Source: Nocardioides sp. | GTDB taxonomy: Bacteria; Actinomycetota; Actinomycetes; Propionibacteriales; Nocardioidaceae | NCBI GenBank assembly: GCA_046590395.1 | Contig: JBKJUE010000047.1 | Coordinates: forward strand, 2,899 to 66,898 | Direction: 5' to 3' | DNA: 64,000 nucleotides | In this document: piece by piece, positions 1 to 9,334 of the stretch | How positions within the stretch are numbered: the first letter of the stretch is position 1 | Layout of the letters: the number at the start of each line of letters is the position of its first letter | Program-made: the position numbers and the translations under genes | Notes under the pieces: model-generated | The model's input: the letters and a program-made list of their open reading frames with translations, nothing else | Databases searched by the model: none | Told to the model about the DNA's origin: nothing

Positions 1-1
1 G

Positions 2-805
2 GTCGTCCACGGCGACGAGCGGAACATGAAGGTCACCGAGCCGATCGACGTCTACCTTGCCGACAAGCTCTTCCAGCTGACCAGCAGCGACGTACCGGCT
101 CCGGCCTCCGAGGACGAGTACCGCGCCGCCCTGGCCGGGAAGACGATGGTGGTGTTCGGCGGCAGCTACGGCATCGGCGCCGACATCGCCGACCTCGCCC
201 GCGGCCTCGGCGCCAACGTCTTCCCGTTCAGCAGGTCCAGCACCAACACCCACGTCGAGCGTCGCGAGGACGTCGCCGCCGCCGCCCGCCAGGTGATGGC
301 GGAGTCCGGCCGGATCGACTACGTCGTCAACACGGCCGGTGTCCTCCCCCGTGGCAACCTGCTGGAGACCAGCGAGGAGACCATCTACTCGGCGACGGAG
401 ATCAACTACCTGGCACCGGTGTTCATCGCCCAGGTCTTCTTCCCGCACCTGCGGGAGACCCAGGGCTCGCTGACCCTGTTCACCTCCAGCTCCTACACGC
501 GCGGCCGCAGCGGTTACAGCCTGTACTCCTCGGCGAAGGCTGCGACGGTCAACCTGACCCAGGCGCTGGCCGACGAGTGGGCGGCCGACCGCGTCCGGGT
601 CAACTGCATCAACCCCGAGCGCACCGGGACCCCCATGCGGACCAAGGCGTTCGGCGACGAGCCGGCCGGGTCGCTGCTGGAGTCCGAGGTCGTCGCCCGG
701 ACGTCGCTCGACGTGATGATCTCCCCGCAGACCGGCCACGTCATCGACGTCCGCAAGGACGACCCGATGGCGATCGACGCGGTCGAGGCCGACCTCCCCA
801 GCTGA
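2..805 (+). CDS. 3' part of a bifunctional IspD/TarI-type cytidylyltransferase + SDR reductase (CDP-ribitol synthase-like); 5' end lies outside the window
   Basis: Frame is open from position 2 (VVHGDERNMKVTEPIDVYLADKL resembles the IspD C-terminal NxKxTxPxD motif). It continues into SDR motifs GGSYGIG, VNTAG, YSSAK and RVNCINP. Confidence 0.75.
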   Translation, partial: VVHGDERNMKVTEPIDVYLADKLFQLTSSDVPAPASEDEYRAALAGKTMVVFGGSYGIGADIADLARGLGANVFPFSRSSTNTHVERREDVAAAARQVMAESGRIDYVVNTAGVLPRGNLLETSEETIYSATEINYLAPVFIAQVFFPHLRETQGSLTLFTSSSYTRGRSGYSLYSSAKAATVNLTQALADEWAADRVRVNCINPERTGTPMRTKAFGDEPAGSLLESEVVARTSLDVMISPQTGHVIDVRKDDPMAIDAVEADLPS

Positions 806-817
806 ACCCCCCCCGTT

Positions 818-1008
818 GGTTGAGGTGCGAGGCGCGCCAGCGCCGAGCCTCGAAACCCCGCAAGGTTCAGGCAGGGCGACCGCTGGTTGAGGTGCGAGGC
901 CGTCCACGGCCGAGCCTCGAAACCCCGAAGGTCAGGCAGGGCGACCGCTGGTTGAGGTGCGAGGCCGTCCACGGCCGAGCCTCGAAACCCCCGAAGGTCA
1001 GGCAGGGC
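818..1008 (+). repeat. Left array: three tandem ~65-67-bp units with 40-bp palindromic core GGTTGAGGTGCGAGGC-N-GCCGAGCCTCGAAACC
   Basis: Cores at 818-857, 885-924 and 950-989, each followed by linker AAGGT(T)CAGGCAGGGCG. Confidence 0.95.
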
Positions 1009-1312
1009 GGCGACCGGGGCCACCCGGTCGCTGAGGACGGCTGGCGAGACCCGGGAGCTCGTCGAGCCGGCCGTCGATCAGCGCCCACCGCTTGGCCCGG
1101 CTCCAGCCCTGGATCTGCTTCTCGTAGTGGAAGGCGTCCTCGATTCGCCCGAACTCCCCGGCCCAGGCGAGCGTGACCGGCCGGCGGCGACGGAGCCGGG
1201 TGTACGCCGCGCCGAGTCCGAGGTTGTGCTCGCTCACGCGGCGTTCGAGGTCGTAGGTGCTGCCGACGTACAGCGTGCCGTCGGCACATTCGAGGATGTA
1301 GGTCCAGGGCAT
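998..1312 (-). CDS. Stand-alone GIY-YIG nuclease family protein (UPF0213/YhbQ-like)
   Basis: 104 aa with WTYILECADGTLYVGST..LERR..EH..G..AAYT and AFHYEKQIQGWSRAKR; the Tyr, Arg, His and Glu residues typical of the family are present. Confidence 0.9.
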   Translation of the reverse strand: MPWTYILECADGTLYVGSTYDLERRVSEHNLGLGAAYTRLRRRRPVTLAWAGEFGRIEDAFHYEKQIQGWSRAKRWALIDGRLDELPGLASRPQRPGGPGRRPA

Positions 1313-1351
1313 GACCCTGTCCTGCCCGGTCCGGCGGTGTCAGGAACCCCC

Positions 1352-1526
1352 GATATCGAGGCTTGTGGAGGACGCCCTGCACACCGTTCCGGGGTTTCGA
1401 GGCTCGGCGCTGACGCGCCTCACACCTCAACCGACGGCGGCCCTGCGCGCCTCGCACCTCGATCAACGACGGCCCTGCGAACCTTCCGGGGTTTCGAGGC
1501 TCGCTTCGCTCGCACCTCAACCAACG
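1352..1526 (-). repeat. Right array: inverted copies of the same repeat
   Basis: Full cores at 1393-1432 (2 mismatches to 818-857) and 1490-1522 (GGTTGAGGTGCGAGCGAAGCGAGCCTCGAAACC on the - strand). Partial copies at 1445-1464 and 1352-1365. Linkers resemble the left-array linkers. Confidence 0.9.
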
Positions 1527-1527
1527 A

Positions 1528-2613
1528 TCAGTCGGGTTGCTTGCGGGCCCTCCGGAGGCGGCGACGGTCGGCTCGGTGGCGGCGCTCCGCGGCCTCGGCC
1601 ATCCCGCGCAGGGCGGCCACGGCGACCGACACGGGTACGTCGGTGAGCGGGGCCTCATGGTCGGCGTCAGGCGTCGGCACGACGCGCAGTCCGTCCAGGT
1701 CGCCCACGGTCCGGACCCCGAGCTCCCGCAGGCCGTCGACCCGGCGGTCGCTGAGCTCGACCAGCCGGGGCCAGGCCCAGGCCGGCATCGGCGGCACCCT
1801 CGCGGTGCCTGCGACCTCGGGCTGGGCGAGCAACGCGGGCACGACGCCGGTCTTCACCAGGTCGAACCAGGGGTCGGCCAGCCAGTCCTGCTCGTGGAAG
1901 ACGACGTTGAGCTGGCGCAGCAGCTCCACCTGCGGGTAGCTCAGCGACGTGTTCGCGCGGCCGCCCTGGTCGCGCAGCATCCCCTCCGGCACGCCGAGCA
2001 GCTGCTCGAACGTCCGGGACAGCAGCTCGCGGTCGGACTCGTCCGCCACCACCAGGGTGAACCGGTCCGGCCCCACGGCCCTCGTCCAGCGCCGGACCAG
2101 GGAGACGGTGTCGTGCGGGATCCAGAAGTTGGCCCAGTGCTGGTCCTCCGGCTGGTCGTCGCCGAGCAGGATCGCGAGCCAGTCGTCGTACGCGAGCTGG
2201 AGCTGCGACTTCACCCGCTGCTGCCACTGCGAGGGGAGGAGCGCGTCGTACCGGCGCGCGACTGCGAGGATGTGCGGCGAGCTGCCCCCGAGGTGCTCGA
2301 CGATGCGCTCGATCTGCTCGTCGGTCGCGCGACCGAAGGCCTCGAGGCTGACGCACACCCGCTGCGCGTCCGGGTCGTCGACCTGCCGGAGGAGGTCGTC
2401 CCAGGCCTCCGTCGACCGGTCGACCACGGCGATCCGGGCGAACCCCAGCCCGACCTCGGCGGCCTCGCGCGGCTTGGACTGCGGCCCCGGGTAGACGACA
2501 CCGTGGGCGCGGAGCTCCTCCCGCGACCGGTGCAGGGCCGCTTGGATCGCGGTCGACCCCGTCTTCTGGGGGCCGATGTGGATCAGGTGGGTGCCCTCGG
2601 CGAGCGGGTCCAT
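1528..2613 (-). CDS. Sulfotransferase-fold / P-loop protein
   Basis: HIGPQKTGSTAIQ N-terminal motif; polysaccharide-locus context; start uncertain (2613 or 2637). Confidence 0.65.
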   Translation of the reverse strand: MDPLAEGTHLIHIGPQKTGSTAIQAALHRSREELRAHGVVYPGPQSKPREAAEVGLGFARIAVVDRSTEAWDDLLRQVDDPDAQRVCVSLEAFGRATDEQIERIVEHLGGSSPHILAVARRYDALLPSQWQQRVKSQLQLAYDDWLAILLGDDQPEDQHWANFWIPHDTVSLVRRWTRAVGPDRFTLVVADESDRELLSRTFEQLLGVPEGMLRDQGGRANTSLSYPQVELLRQLNVVFHEQDWLADPWFDLVKTGVVPALLAQPEVAGTARVPPMPAWAWPRLVELSDRRVDGLRELGVRTVGDLDGLRVVPTPDADHEAPLTDVPVSVAVAALRGMAEAAERRHRADRRRLRRARKQPD

Positions 2614-2761
2614 GGTCCTCCTCAGCGGCCAGGACACCCTGTCCGCACGGCGGGCCGGAGTCTACGTCGCCCGCACACCGCACGCACACAGGTGACCGGT
2701 AGCCTGCTCCCGACGCGGCCCGAGCGGGCCGACGCCCATCGGGACCCGGAAGGTAGGTCGT

Positions 2762-3541
2762 ATGCCCCTCCCGACCTTCGTTATCGCCGGCGCGCAGAAG
2801 TGCGGTACCTCGACGCTGGTGGCGACCCTGCGCAAGCACCCGCAGATCCACATGGCCCGGCCCAAGGAGCTGCACTTCTTCGACCGCGAGCCCAACCGCG
2901 AGCGCGGTCTCGACTGGTACGCCGACCAGTTCCGGCCCCGGGGCAAGCAGACGCAGTGGGGCGAGGCTTCCCCGACCTACATCTACGAGGAGGACGCGCG
3001 GCACGCCCTGTGCGCCGGTCTCCCCGACGCGAAGATCGTCGTGATCCTGCGCGACCCCGCCAAGCGTGCGTACTCCCACTTCTGGCACTCCAAGCGGCTC
3101 GGCTTCGAGAAGCTCGAGACCTTCGACCAGGCCCTCGACAAGGAGCCGGACCGGATGGCGAGCGGCAAGCGGCGCCGCCAGATGCGCTTCTCCTACCTCG
3201 ACCGTGGCCACTACATCGAGCAGCTCGAGGACCTCGCCGCTCGCCACGACCCCGCCAAGACGCACATCATGCTGCTCGACGACCTCGGCAACGACCGGGT
3301 CCCCACGCTCGAGAAGCTGATGGACTTCCTCGAGATCGACCCGTCGTACGCCGCCAGCATCAAGGAGCAGTGGACCAACAAGTACCGCGTCGCCGACGCA
3401 CCGGGCGGCAAGGCGAAGGTGGTCTCCTACCCGCCGCTGCCGCCCGAGACGCGCGCACGGATGATCGAGCACTTCCAGCCGTGGAACGACCGGCTCGCGG
3501 AGTGGCTCGGCCGCGACCTGTCGGCGTGGAGCAAGGTCTGA
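2762..3541 (+). CDS. Sulfotransferase (Sulfotransfer_1/3 family)
   Basis: IAGAQKCGTSTL (5'-PSB), KELHFFD, GEASPTY and LRDPAKRAYSHF (3'-PB). Confidence 0.9.
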   Translation: MPLPTFVIAGAQKCGTSTLVATLRKHPQIHMARPKELHFFDREPNRERGLDWYADQFRPRGKQTQWGEASPTYIYEEDARHALCAGLPDAKIVVILRDPAKRAYSHFWHSKRLGFEKLETFDQALDKEPDRMASGKRRRQMRFSYLDRGHYIEQLEDLAARHDPAKTHIMLLDDLGNDRVPTLEKLMDFLEIDPSYAASIKEQWTNKYRVADAPGGKAKVVSYPPLPPETRARMIEHFQPWNDRLAEWLGRDLSAWSKV

Positions 3542-3550
3542 GCGACCGCG

Positions 3551-4627
3551 TCAGCGGCGGACCTTGCGCTTCGCGCGCCTGGCGATGACCTTGAGCAGGT
3601 CCCGCCCGCCCACCTGCCCGACCGGCATCTCCTCGACCGAGGCCGGTCGACGGGGACGCGACGCGGGCTTCGACTTGGGTGCCTTCTGCTTCTTCTGCTC
3701 GTCGGCCCGGCGCTTGGCGTCCGTGCGCTCGGTCTCGAGGGCGTCGTGGGCGATGTCCGCGGACGCCGCGAAGAGCCGGGAGTACCGCTCGGACTGCACG
3801 TCCAGGTCGGCGGAGGCCGCGTCGTCGTGCCCGCGGGCCGCGGCCAGGGTGACCAGGTCGTCCCAGATGCACTGGGCGATGTCGCGCAGCTCGTCAGGGA
3901 CCTCGAGCTCGTCCCAGGTGACCTGGTGCCGGCGCAGCCCGGGGTCGATGAACTCGTCGACCGGCGACGGCGCACCGCTGGCCAGGTCGACGTCGTACGT
4001 CAGGTCGAGGTCCTCGGCGACACCGATCAGCACCGGCCGCCAGTCCTCGAGCAGCGCGGGGTAGCTCACGAAGGCCCGCGCCCGGCCGCGGGTCGCGCGC
4101 TCACTGATGAGGGAGGAGTTGATCCAGCGGGCGACGTTGAACGTCTCGTAGCTGCGGCGCTTGGCCTCGTCGTTGGGGCTGGCGTAGTAGGTCGTGCGGC
4201 TGCCGACGACCTCGGCGGGGTGGCGCAGCATGGAGACGTACTTGATCTCGAGCCCCGCCTCCTCCGCGGCGTCACGCCAGAGGTCCTGCGCCCAGACCGA
4301 GCGCGGGTCCTTGACGACGACCTGGTCGTGTCCGGCGCTCTCCTCGACGAGGAAGTCACGCAGCTGGCTGCGGATGCCGTCGGTGATGGCAGCCTGCGAC
4401 ATCTCGAAGGCCGCCGGGCGGCTGTCGAAGTCGTTGATCCCGGCGGCGACGGTGATCTGCTTGTGGAACTTCACGGCCCACTTGGACTCGAAGAAGCCCT
4501 TGGGGTTGGAGTCGTTGGCGCCGAGGTAGGGACCCGGGACGTGCAGCCCGAGGTGGTGGAACGTGCCCGACATCGTGCTGGTGCCGCTGCGGCCCGTCCC
4601 CGTGATCAGGACGAGGGTCTTGCTCAT
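3551..4627 (-). CDS. Sulfotransferase family protein
   Basis: GTGRSGTS, NPKGFFE, KDPR and LRHPAEVVGS motifs. Confidence 0.75.
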   Translation of the reverse strand: MSKTLVLITGTGRSGTSTMSGTFHHLGLHVPGPYLGANDSNPKGFFESKWAVKFHKQITVAAGINDFDSRPAAFEMSQAAITDGIRSQLRDFLVEESAGHDQVVVKDPRSVWAQDLWRDAAEEAGLEIKYVSMLRHPAEVVGSRTTYYASPNDEAKRRSYETFNVARWINSSLISERATRGRARAFVSYPALLEDWRPVLIGVAEDLDLTYDVDLASGAPSPVDEFIDPGLRRHQVTWDELEVPDELRDIAQCIWDDLVTLAAARGHDDAASADLDVQSERYSRLFAASADIAHDALETERTDAKRRADEQKKQKAPKSKPASRPRRPASVEEMPVGQVGGRDLLKVIARRAKRKVRR

Positions 4628-5643
4628 TCGGAGCCCCGTCCGAGCTTGCGGGCGACCCGGGCGCCGAGGCTCTGGGAGGCGGTCGACGAGGCGGTGGCCT
4701 GCGCCGCGGCCTTGCCCTTGGCCTTGGCCCGCGCCCGGCGGGTGGCCTTGCGGGCGGTCTCCTCACGCATCCGCTTCACGCTGGCGTTGACCAGGGCGAG
4801 CGCGTCCTCGTGGACGACGGCGTACTCCTCACGGATCTTCTCCAGCTCGGCCGACGTCGACTCGGAATCGCCGTGGTCGGCGATCGAGCCGAGCGCGTCG
4901 AAGGTCCGGTCGCCCAGCACCTGGAGGTGGGCCGGCACGGAGATGTTCTCCCAGCCCGGCTTCATCCGGCGCAGCTTCGGGTCGATGAAGTCGTCGATCG
5001 GGTGCGGCTGCTCCTCGGGTGCCGGCTCGAGCCGCAGGCCCAGCTGCTCGCGCATCCGGATCAGCTCGGTGCGCCAGTCGGAGGTCAGGTTGGGGTAGTG
5101 GACGAGCGAGCGCGGTGACCCGGAGGTGAGCTTCTCGGTCATCAGCGCGACGTTGATCCAGCCGGCGACACCGGTGACCTCACGGGCGTTGTAGTACTCG
5201 CTGCGGCTCGACGACACCTCGGACGGGTGTCGGAGCATGATCGCGAAGGCCGGGTCGACCCCGAGCTCCTGGGCCACGGACACCCACAGCGAGGTGAACC
5301 ACACCATCCGCGGGTCCTTGATGACCAGGTGGTCGTGCTTCTCGAGGCGCTCGGTCAGCCAGGTGCGCAGCTTGTCCCTGGTCTCCTCGTCAGCCGCGAC
5401 CTTGTCCATCCGCTCGAGGACGGTCGGGTCGGTGTCGAGCGTGCGGACGCCGGTCTTGCGGAGCAGCTGCCGGTGGAAGTTGACGACCCAGCGCGGCTCG
5501 AAGAAGCCCGACGGGTTGGTCTCGTTGCCCTTGATCGCCTGCGGGACCTGGTAGCCGCTGTGGGAGAGCGCCCCGGCCATGGTGCTCGTGCCGCTGCGTC
5601 CGGGACCCACGACGAAGATCATCCGGCGGTCGGGTGTGGCCAC
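4624..5643 (-). CDS. Sulfotransferase family protein (paralog of 3551-4627)
   Basis: GPGRSGTS, NPSGFFE, KDPR and LRHPSEVSSS; GTG start at 5643 with GGAGG RBS; 4-bp overlap with the downstream gene. Confidence 0.75.
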   Translation of the reverse strand: MATPDRRMIFVVGPGRSGTSTMAGALSHSGYQVPQAIKGNETNPSGFFEPRWVVNFHRQLLRKTGVRTLDTDPTVLERMDKVAADEETRDKLRTWLTERLEKHDHLVIKDPRMVWFTSLWVSVAQELGVDPAFAIMLRHPSEVSSSRSEYYNAREVTGVAGWINVALMTEKLTSGSPRSLVHYPNLTSDWRTELIRMREQLGLRLEPAPEEQPHPIDDFIDPKLRRMKPGWENISVPAHLQVLGDRTFDALGSIADHGDSESTSAELEKIREEYAVVHEDALALVNASVKRMREETARKATRRARAKAKGKAAAQATASSTASQSLGARVARKLGRGSE

Positions 5644-5695
5644 GGTCAGATCATCCTCCGGTCGAGAGCCTGGGAACAGGGTCGGCGACAGCCTC

Positions 5696-8600
5696 TCACG
5701 CGTCGCCCCGGGGCACGAAGACAGCATCCACGAACCGTTCGCCGGCCCGGCCGTCCTCGAGATCGAGGTAGTCCGTCCGGAACTGGTCGTACGCCGCGGC
5801 GTGGTCGCGTCGTACGCCGTCGAGGTCGAGCAGCGCGTCGACCACCTCGTCGGTGGTGTCCAGGAGCGGCCCCGGCGCGGTCGGCTCGAAGTCGAAGAGC
5901 CACCCGCGGGTGTCCTTGTAGCGCTGGAGGTCGGGCACGTGGAAGAGCATCGGCTTGCCGGTGACCCCGAAGTCGAACCGGAGCGAGGAGTAGTCGACGA
6001 TCCCGGCGTCGGCAGCCAGGTAGAGGTCGGACACCTCGGGGTAGTCAGTGACCTCGATGCACCCCTTCAGGCCACCCACCCGCTTGTCGGAGCGGGCGTT
6101 GAACGCGTGGCCACGCACCAGGAAGACGAACTCGTCACCGAGGCGCCGGGTGGCTCCCTCGAAGTCGAAGAAGTCGGCCATCGCCGCACGGCTGTCGTTG
6201 GCGGCGAGGTAGTCGCGGAACGTCGGGGCGTAGAGGACGGCCTTCTGGCCCGCCTCGATGCCGAGCGTCGCGCGCACCTGCTCCCGGATCTCGCCGGCCT
6301 CCGGGGACTGCAGCACGTCGTTGCGCGGGTAGCCGATCTCCAGCACCTCGCCCGGGTAGTTGAAGTGCTCGGCCAGCAGGGGCGAGGCGTACCGGGCCGG
6401 GGACACGAGGTAGTCCCAGTCGCGGGCCCGGGCGTCGTACGCGTCGATCCTGGCCTGGGAGAACTGCAGGTTCCGCCAGTGTGGGTGGCCCATCAACTTG
6501 AACGGGTAACCGTGGAAGGTCTGGACGAGGACCTGGCCGGGCGCCTTCACGTGCCACTCGGGCTGGTACATGTTCTCGACGTAGTACTGGGCGGTGAAGA
6601 CCAGGTCGTGGAACTCCGGGCTGTTCACGACGACCGGGATGCCGCCGTCCGGGACGGGGACCGACTTGTCCTGAACGGCCCAGTAGACGGGGAGGTCGCT
6701 GCCGCGTCGCTGCAGCTCCTTCTGGATCGAGATGCCGTTGTCGGTGGCGCTCTCGCCGAAGTACGACCGCATCAGCACACCACGCGTGAGCCCGGACCGG
6801 GTCGGCCCCTGGCGGCGCAGCTGGGCCTGGTGGAACTGGCCGCGACCGGCGCCGAGCGGGCGCTGGACGGTGATCCGGGCTACGGCCGCAGGCCCGCGCA
6901 CGACCCGGCCTTCGAGGTCGTCGGTCTCGATGATGAGCGGCAGGTGGTCGCCGAGGGCAGCGGAGACCAGGAGCGGCACCTCGACCGGCTCGCCGTCCTC
7001 GGGCTGTACGACGACCGACAGGTCGTGGTCCCCGGTGGTGAAGGGCAGGCGGCCGAAGCGGTAGCGCTGGTGGCGCAGCTCGAGGGTGGCCCGGAACCGG
7101 CCGTCCTCGGTGGCGACGTGGTCGCCGAATTCCCGCATCCGCTTGTTCCGGGTGGCCAGGCCGACCGTGCCGGTCCCGGCGCCCAGGAGGCGGCCGGTGA
7201 CGGTGACGAACCCGTCGGCCGACACCACGACCTCGTCGGCAGTGGCTCCGCGGGCCCACTCGGTGACGACCACGCCGCCGACCCGGTTGGTCTCCAGGAC
7301 GAGGGGGCCGGTGCCGGGTGCGCGGAGCACGCCGGGCTGCGGGAGCACGTCGAGGCGCTGGCCGCGGGTGTTCCAGGCGGAGAGGTTCCAGGTGGTGGAG
7401 CGGCCGTCGGCCAGCGTCTCGGTCACGGGCAGCTCGACCCGGAACGTCCTGGTCGCTCCCGGGGTGGAGGTCCAGGTGGCATCGACGGACCGAGGGCCGG
7501 CCCACACGCTCATCCGGGCCGCACGACCCACGTCACCGCCGGCGACGGAGCCGGTGAGGGTCCGGCCGCGCAGCTCGAGGTCGGACACCACGACGGCGCC
7601 CCGCTCGACGCGGAACCGCAGCGGCTGCTGGTACTGCCAGTCGGCGATCAACCGGTCACCACCTCCGAGCGGCGTGGCCGGGATCGCGCCGGCGGCACCG
7701 CTGCGCACGAGCCGGGTCACCGGCTGCTCGGCCACGAGGCCGGCGGCGGCCACCTGCAACCAGACCTCCCACACGTCGGACTCGCGGCCGGTGGCGAGCC
7801 CGGCGAGCGGGAGCTCCACCCCGAACCGGCCCTGCGCGTAGTCGGCCCACAGGTCGTCCCGCGGCGGCGGGAACGACGCCCGCGGCAGCTCGGTCGACGG
7901 GAAGTGGCGGACCTCGCCGGTCTCCTGGTGCCGCAGCACCACGCTCACGGTCTGGTCGTGGGTGCCGAGGTCGACCTTGCGCAGGAACGCCCAGCCCGAG
8001 ACCCAGGCGGCCTGGCTGCCGTCGGCCCGGTCCACCCAGTGCACGTTCTCCACGGCGTGCGCGATCTTGACCTGCTCGGGCCGGAGCACGAACAGCGCCT
8101 CGTCGAGCTCGGGGTCGCCCAGGAGGGGCAGCTCCAGCAGGATGCCGTCCGGGCGGACCGTCGCGGGCCACAGCTCGAGCTTGTTGCCCCCGCGGCGGAC
8201 GAACTCCTGCGCGTCGGCACGGCGGTCGAGCTGGGCCAGCTTGACCAGCACGCGCTGCGCCGGCGGCGTCGCGTCCCAGATCCACTGCGGCGCACCTTCG
8301 GTGAGGCTGCGCACGATCGCGACAAGCTCGTCCCAGTAGGTGTCGTCGACGGTGCCGGGGCTGGTGAGGTACCACTGGAAGTGGGCCTCGAACAGCGTCT
8401 CCAGCCAACCCTCGTAGGCCCGCTGCGACAGCTCGGTGCGGAACGCGTCGCGGCTCACCTCCCACGCGGCGATCCGGTCCCGGAGGTCCTTGAGCGTCGC
8501 GGTCTGCTGGCTGATCGAGCTCTTGTCGTCGCGCGCGCGGTAGCGGTAGACGATGTCGGGGATGACGTCGATGCTCTTCGCCCGGGCGAAGAGCTGGGTG

Positions 8601-9253
8601 ACGATCGGCTGGTCCTCGTAGGCGACGCGCTCGCGGAACCACAGCCCCTGGGCGACGAAGAAGTCGCGCCGGTAGAGCTTGTTCCAGGTGTAGAGGTTGC
8701 GAAGGAGCGGCAGGAACTCCTCGATGGTGACCCGCTGACGCTTGACCAGGTGGACGTCGTCGACCCAGCCCGGCGACCAGGTCTTGCGGCTGTCGAACCG
8801 CTCGACGGACCCGCAGACGATCTCGGAGCCGGTCTCGTGCGCACTCGCCACCAGGGCGCCCAGGGCGCCGTGCGGCAGCAGGTCGTCGGAGTCGACGAAG
8901 GTCAGGTAGCGACCCTTCGCCTCGCGGATGCCGGTGTTGCGGGCCGCACCGAGCCCGCCGTTCTCTCGGGTGACCACCCGCAGCCGCTCGTCCCGGGCGG
9001 CGTACTCCTCGGCGATGGCGCGGGAGCCGTCGGGCGACCCGTCGTCGACCAGCAGCACCTCGAAGTCGCCGAAGCCCTGCGCCAGCAGGCTGTCGAGGCA
9101 CTCGGCGAGGTACTCCTCGACGTTGTAGAACGGGACGATCACGCTGATCTCGGGGCCACGGTGGCGCAGCTTGCGGGCCCGGCGGACCACGCCGCGCGCC
9201 GCCCGCCAGCCGAACCCGGCCGCGCGCTGCCGGTAGTGCGTCATCCGCCCCAT
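5696..9253 (-). CDS. Bifunctional GT2 glycosyltransferase / CDP-glycerol(ribitol) glycerophosphotransferase (TagF-like)
   Basis: ISVIVPFYNVEEYLAECLDS, VDDGSPD, FVDSDD; C-terminal QTFHGYPFK, GYPRND, LYAPTFRD and DYSSLRFDF. Confidence 0.92.
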   Translation of the reverse strand: MGRMTHYRQRAAGFGWRAARGVVRRARKLRHRGPEISVIVPFYNVEEYLAECLDSLLAQGFGDFEVLLVDDGSPDGSRAIAEEYAARDERLRVVTRENGGLGAARNTGIREAKGRYLTFVDSDDLLPHGALGALVASAHETGSEIVCGSVERFDSRKTWSPGWVDDVHLVKRQRVTIEEFLPLLRNLYTWNKLYRRDFFVAQGLWFRERVAYEDQPIVTQLFARAKSIDVIPDIVYRYRARDDKSSISQQTATLKDLRDRIAAWEVSRDAFRTELSQRAYEGWLETLFEAHFQWYLTSPGTVDDTYWDELVAIVRSLTEGAPQWIWDATPPAQRVLVKLAQLDRRADAQEFVRRGGNKLELWPATVRPDGILLELPLLGDPELDEALFVLRPEQVKIAHAVENVHWVDRADGSQAAWVSGWAFLRKVDLGTHDQTVSVVLRHQETGEVRHFPSTELPRASFPPPRDDLWADYAQGRFGVELPLAGLATGRESDVWEVWLQVAAAGLVAEQPVTRLVRSGAAGAIPATPLGGGDRLIADWQYQQPLRFRVERGAVVVSDLELRGRTLTGSVAGGDVGRAARMSVWAGPRSVDATWTSTPGATRTFRVELPVTETLADGRSTTWNLSAWNTRGQRLDVLPQPGVLRAPGTGPLVLETNRVGGVVVTEWARGATADEVVVSADGFVTVTGRLLGAGTGTVGLATRNKRMREFGDHVATEDGRFRATLELRHQRYRFGRLPFTTGDHDLSVVVQPEDGEPVEVPLLVSAALGDHLPLIIETDDLEGRVVRGPAAVARITVQRPLGAGRGQFHQAQLRRQGPTRSGLTRGVLMRSYFGESATDNGISIQKELQRRGSDLPVYWAVQDKSVPVPDGGIPVVVNSPEFHDLVFTAQYYVENMYQPEWHVKAPGQVLVQTFHGYPFKLMGHPHWRNLQFSQARIDAYDARARDWDYLVSPARYASPLLAEHFNYPGEVLEIGYPRNDVLQSPEAGEIREQVRATLGIEAGQKAVLYAPTFRDYLAANDSRAAMADFFDFEGATRRLGDEFVFLVRGHAFNARSDKRVGGLKGCIEVTDYPEVSDLYLAADAGIVDYSSLRFDFGVTGKPMLFHVPDLQRYKDTRGWLFDFEPTAPGPLLDTTDEVVDALLDLDGVRRDHAAAYDQFRTDYLDLEDGRAGERFVDAVFVPRGDA

Positions 9254-9334
9254 CAGGCGACACCCTCCGGCGCCGGCGTGGGGCGCGCGGGTGCAGGGAG
9301 TACGGCGGAGGGCTGGGCAGGCATGGCCGCCATG

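Larger units (their letters stand above)
814..1526. mobile_element. Repeat-bounded GIY-YIG cassette (REPtron-like, putative)
   Basis: Perfect 18-bp terminal inverted repeat CGTTGGTTGAGGTGCGAG (814-831 / 1509-1526), mirror-image internal repeat arrays and one central nuclease ORF. It sits between two convergent stop codons. Confidence 0.6.

Noticed and set aside
818-1008. Possible CRISPR array (40-bp repeats with ~26-bp spacers)
   Set aside because: The spacers are near-identical to each other, copies occur in both orientations and there are no cas genes in the window.
998-1312. GIY-YIG as an intron/intein homing endonuclease or UvrC fragment
   Set aside because: It is intergenic and complete at about 100 aa, with no host-gene interruption and no extra DNA-binding or UvrC domains.
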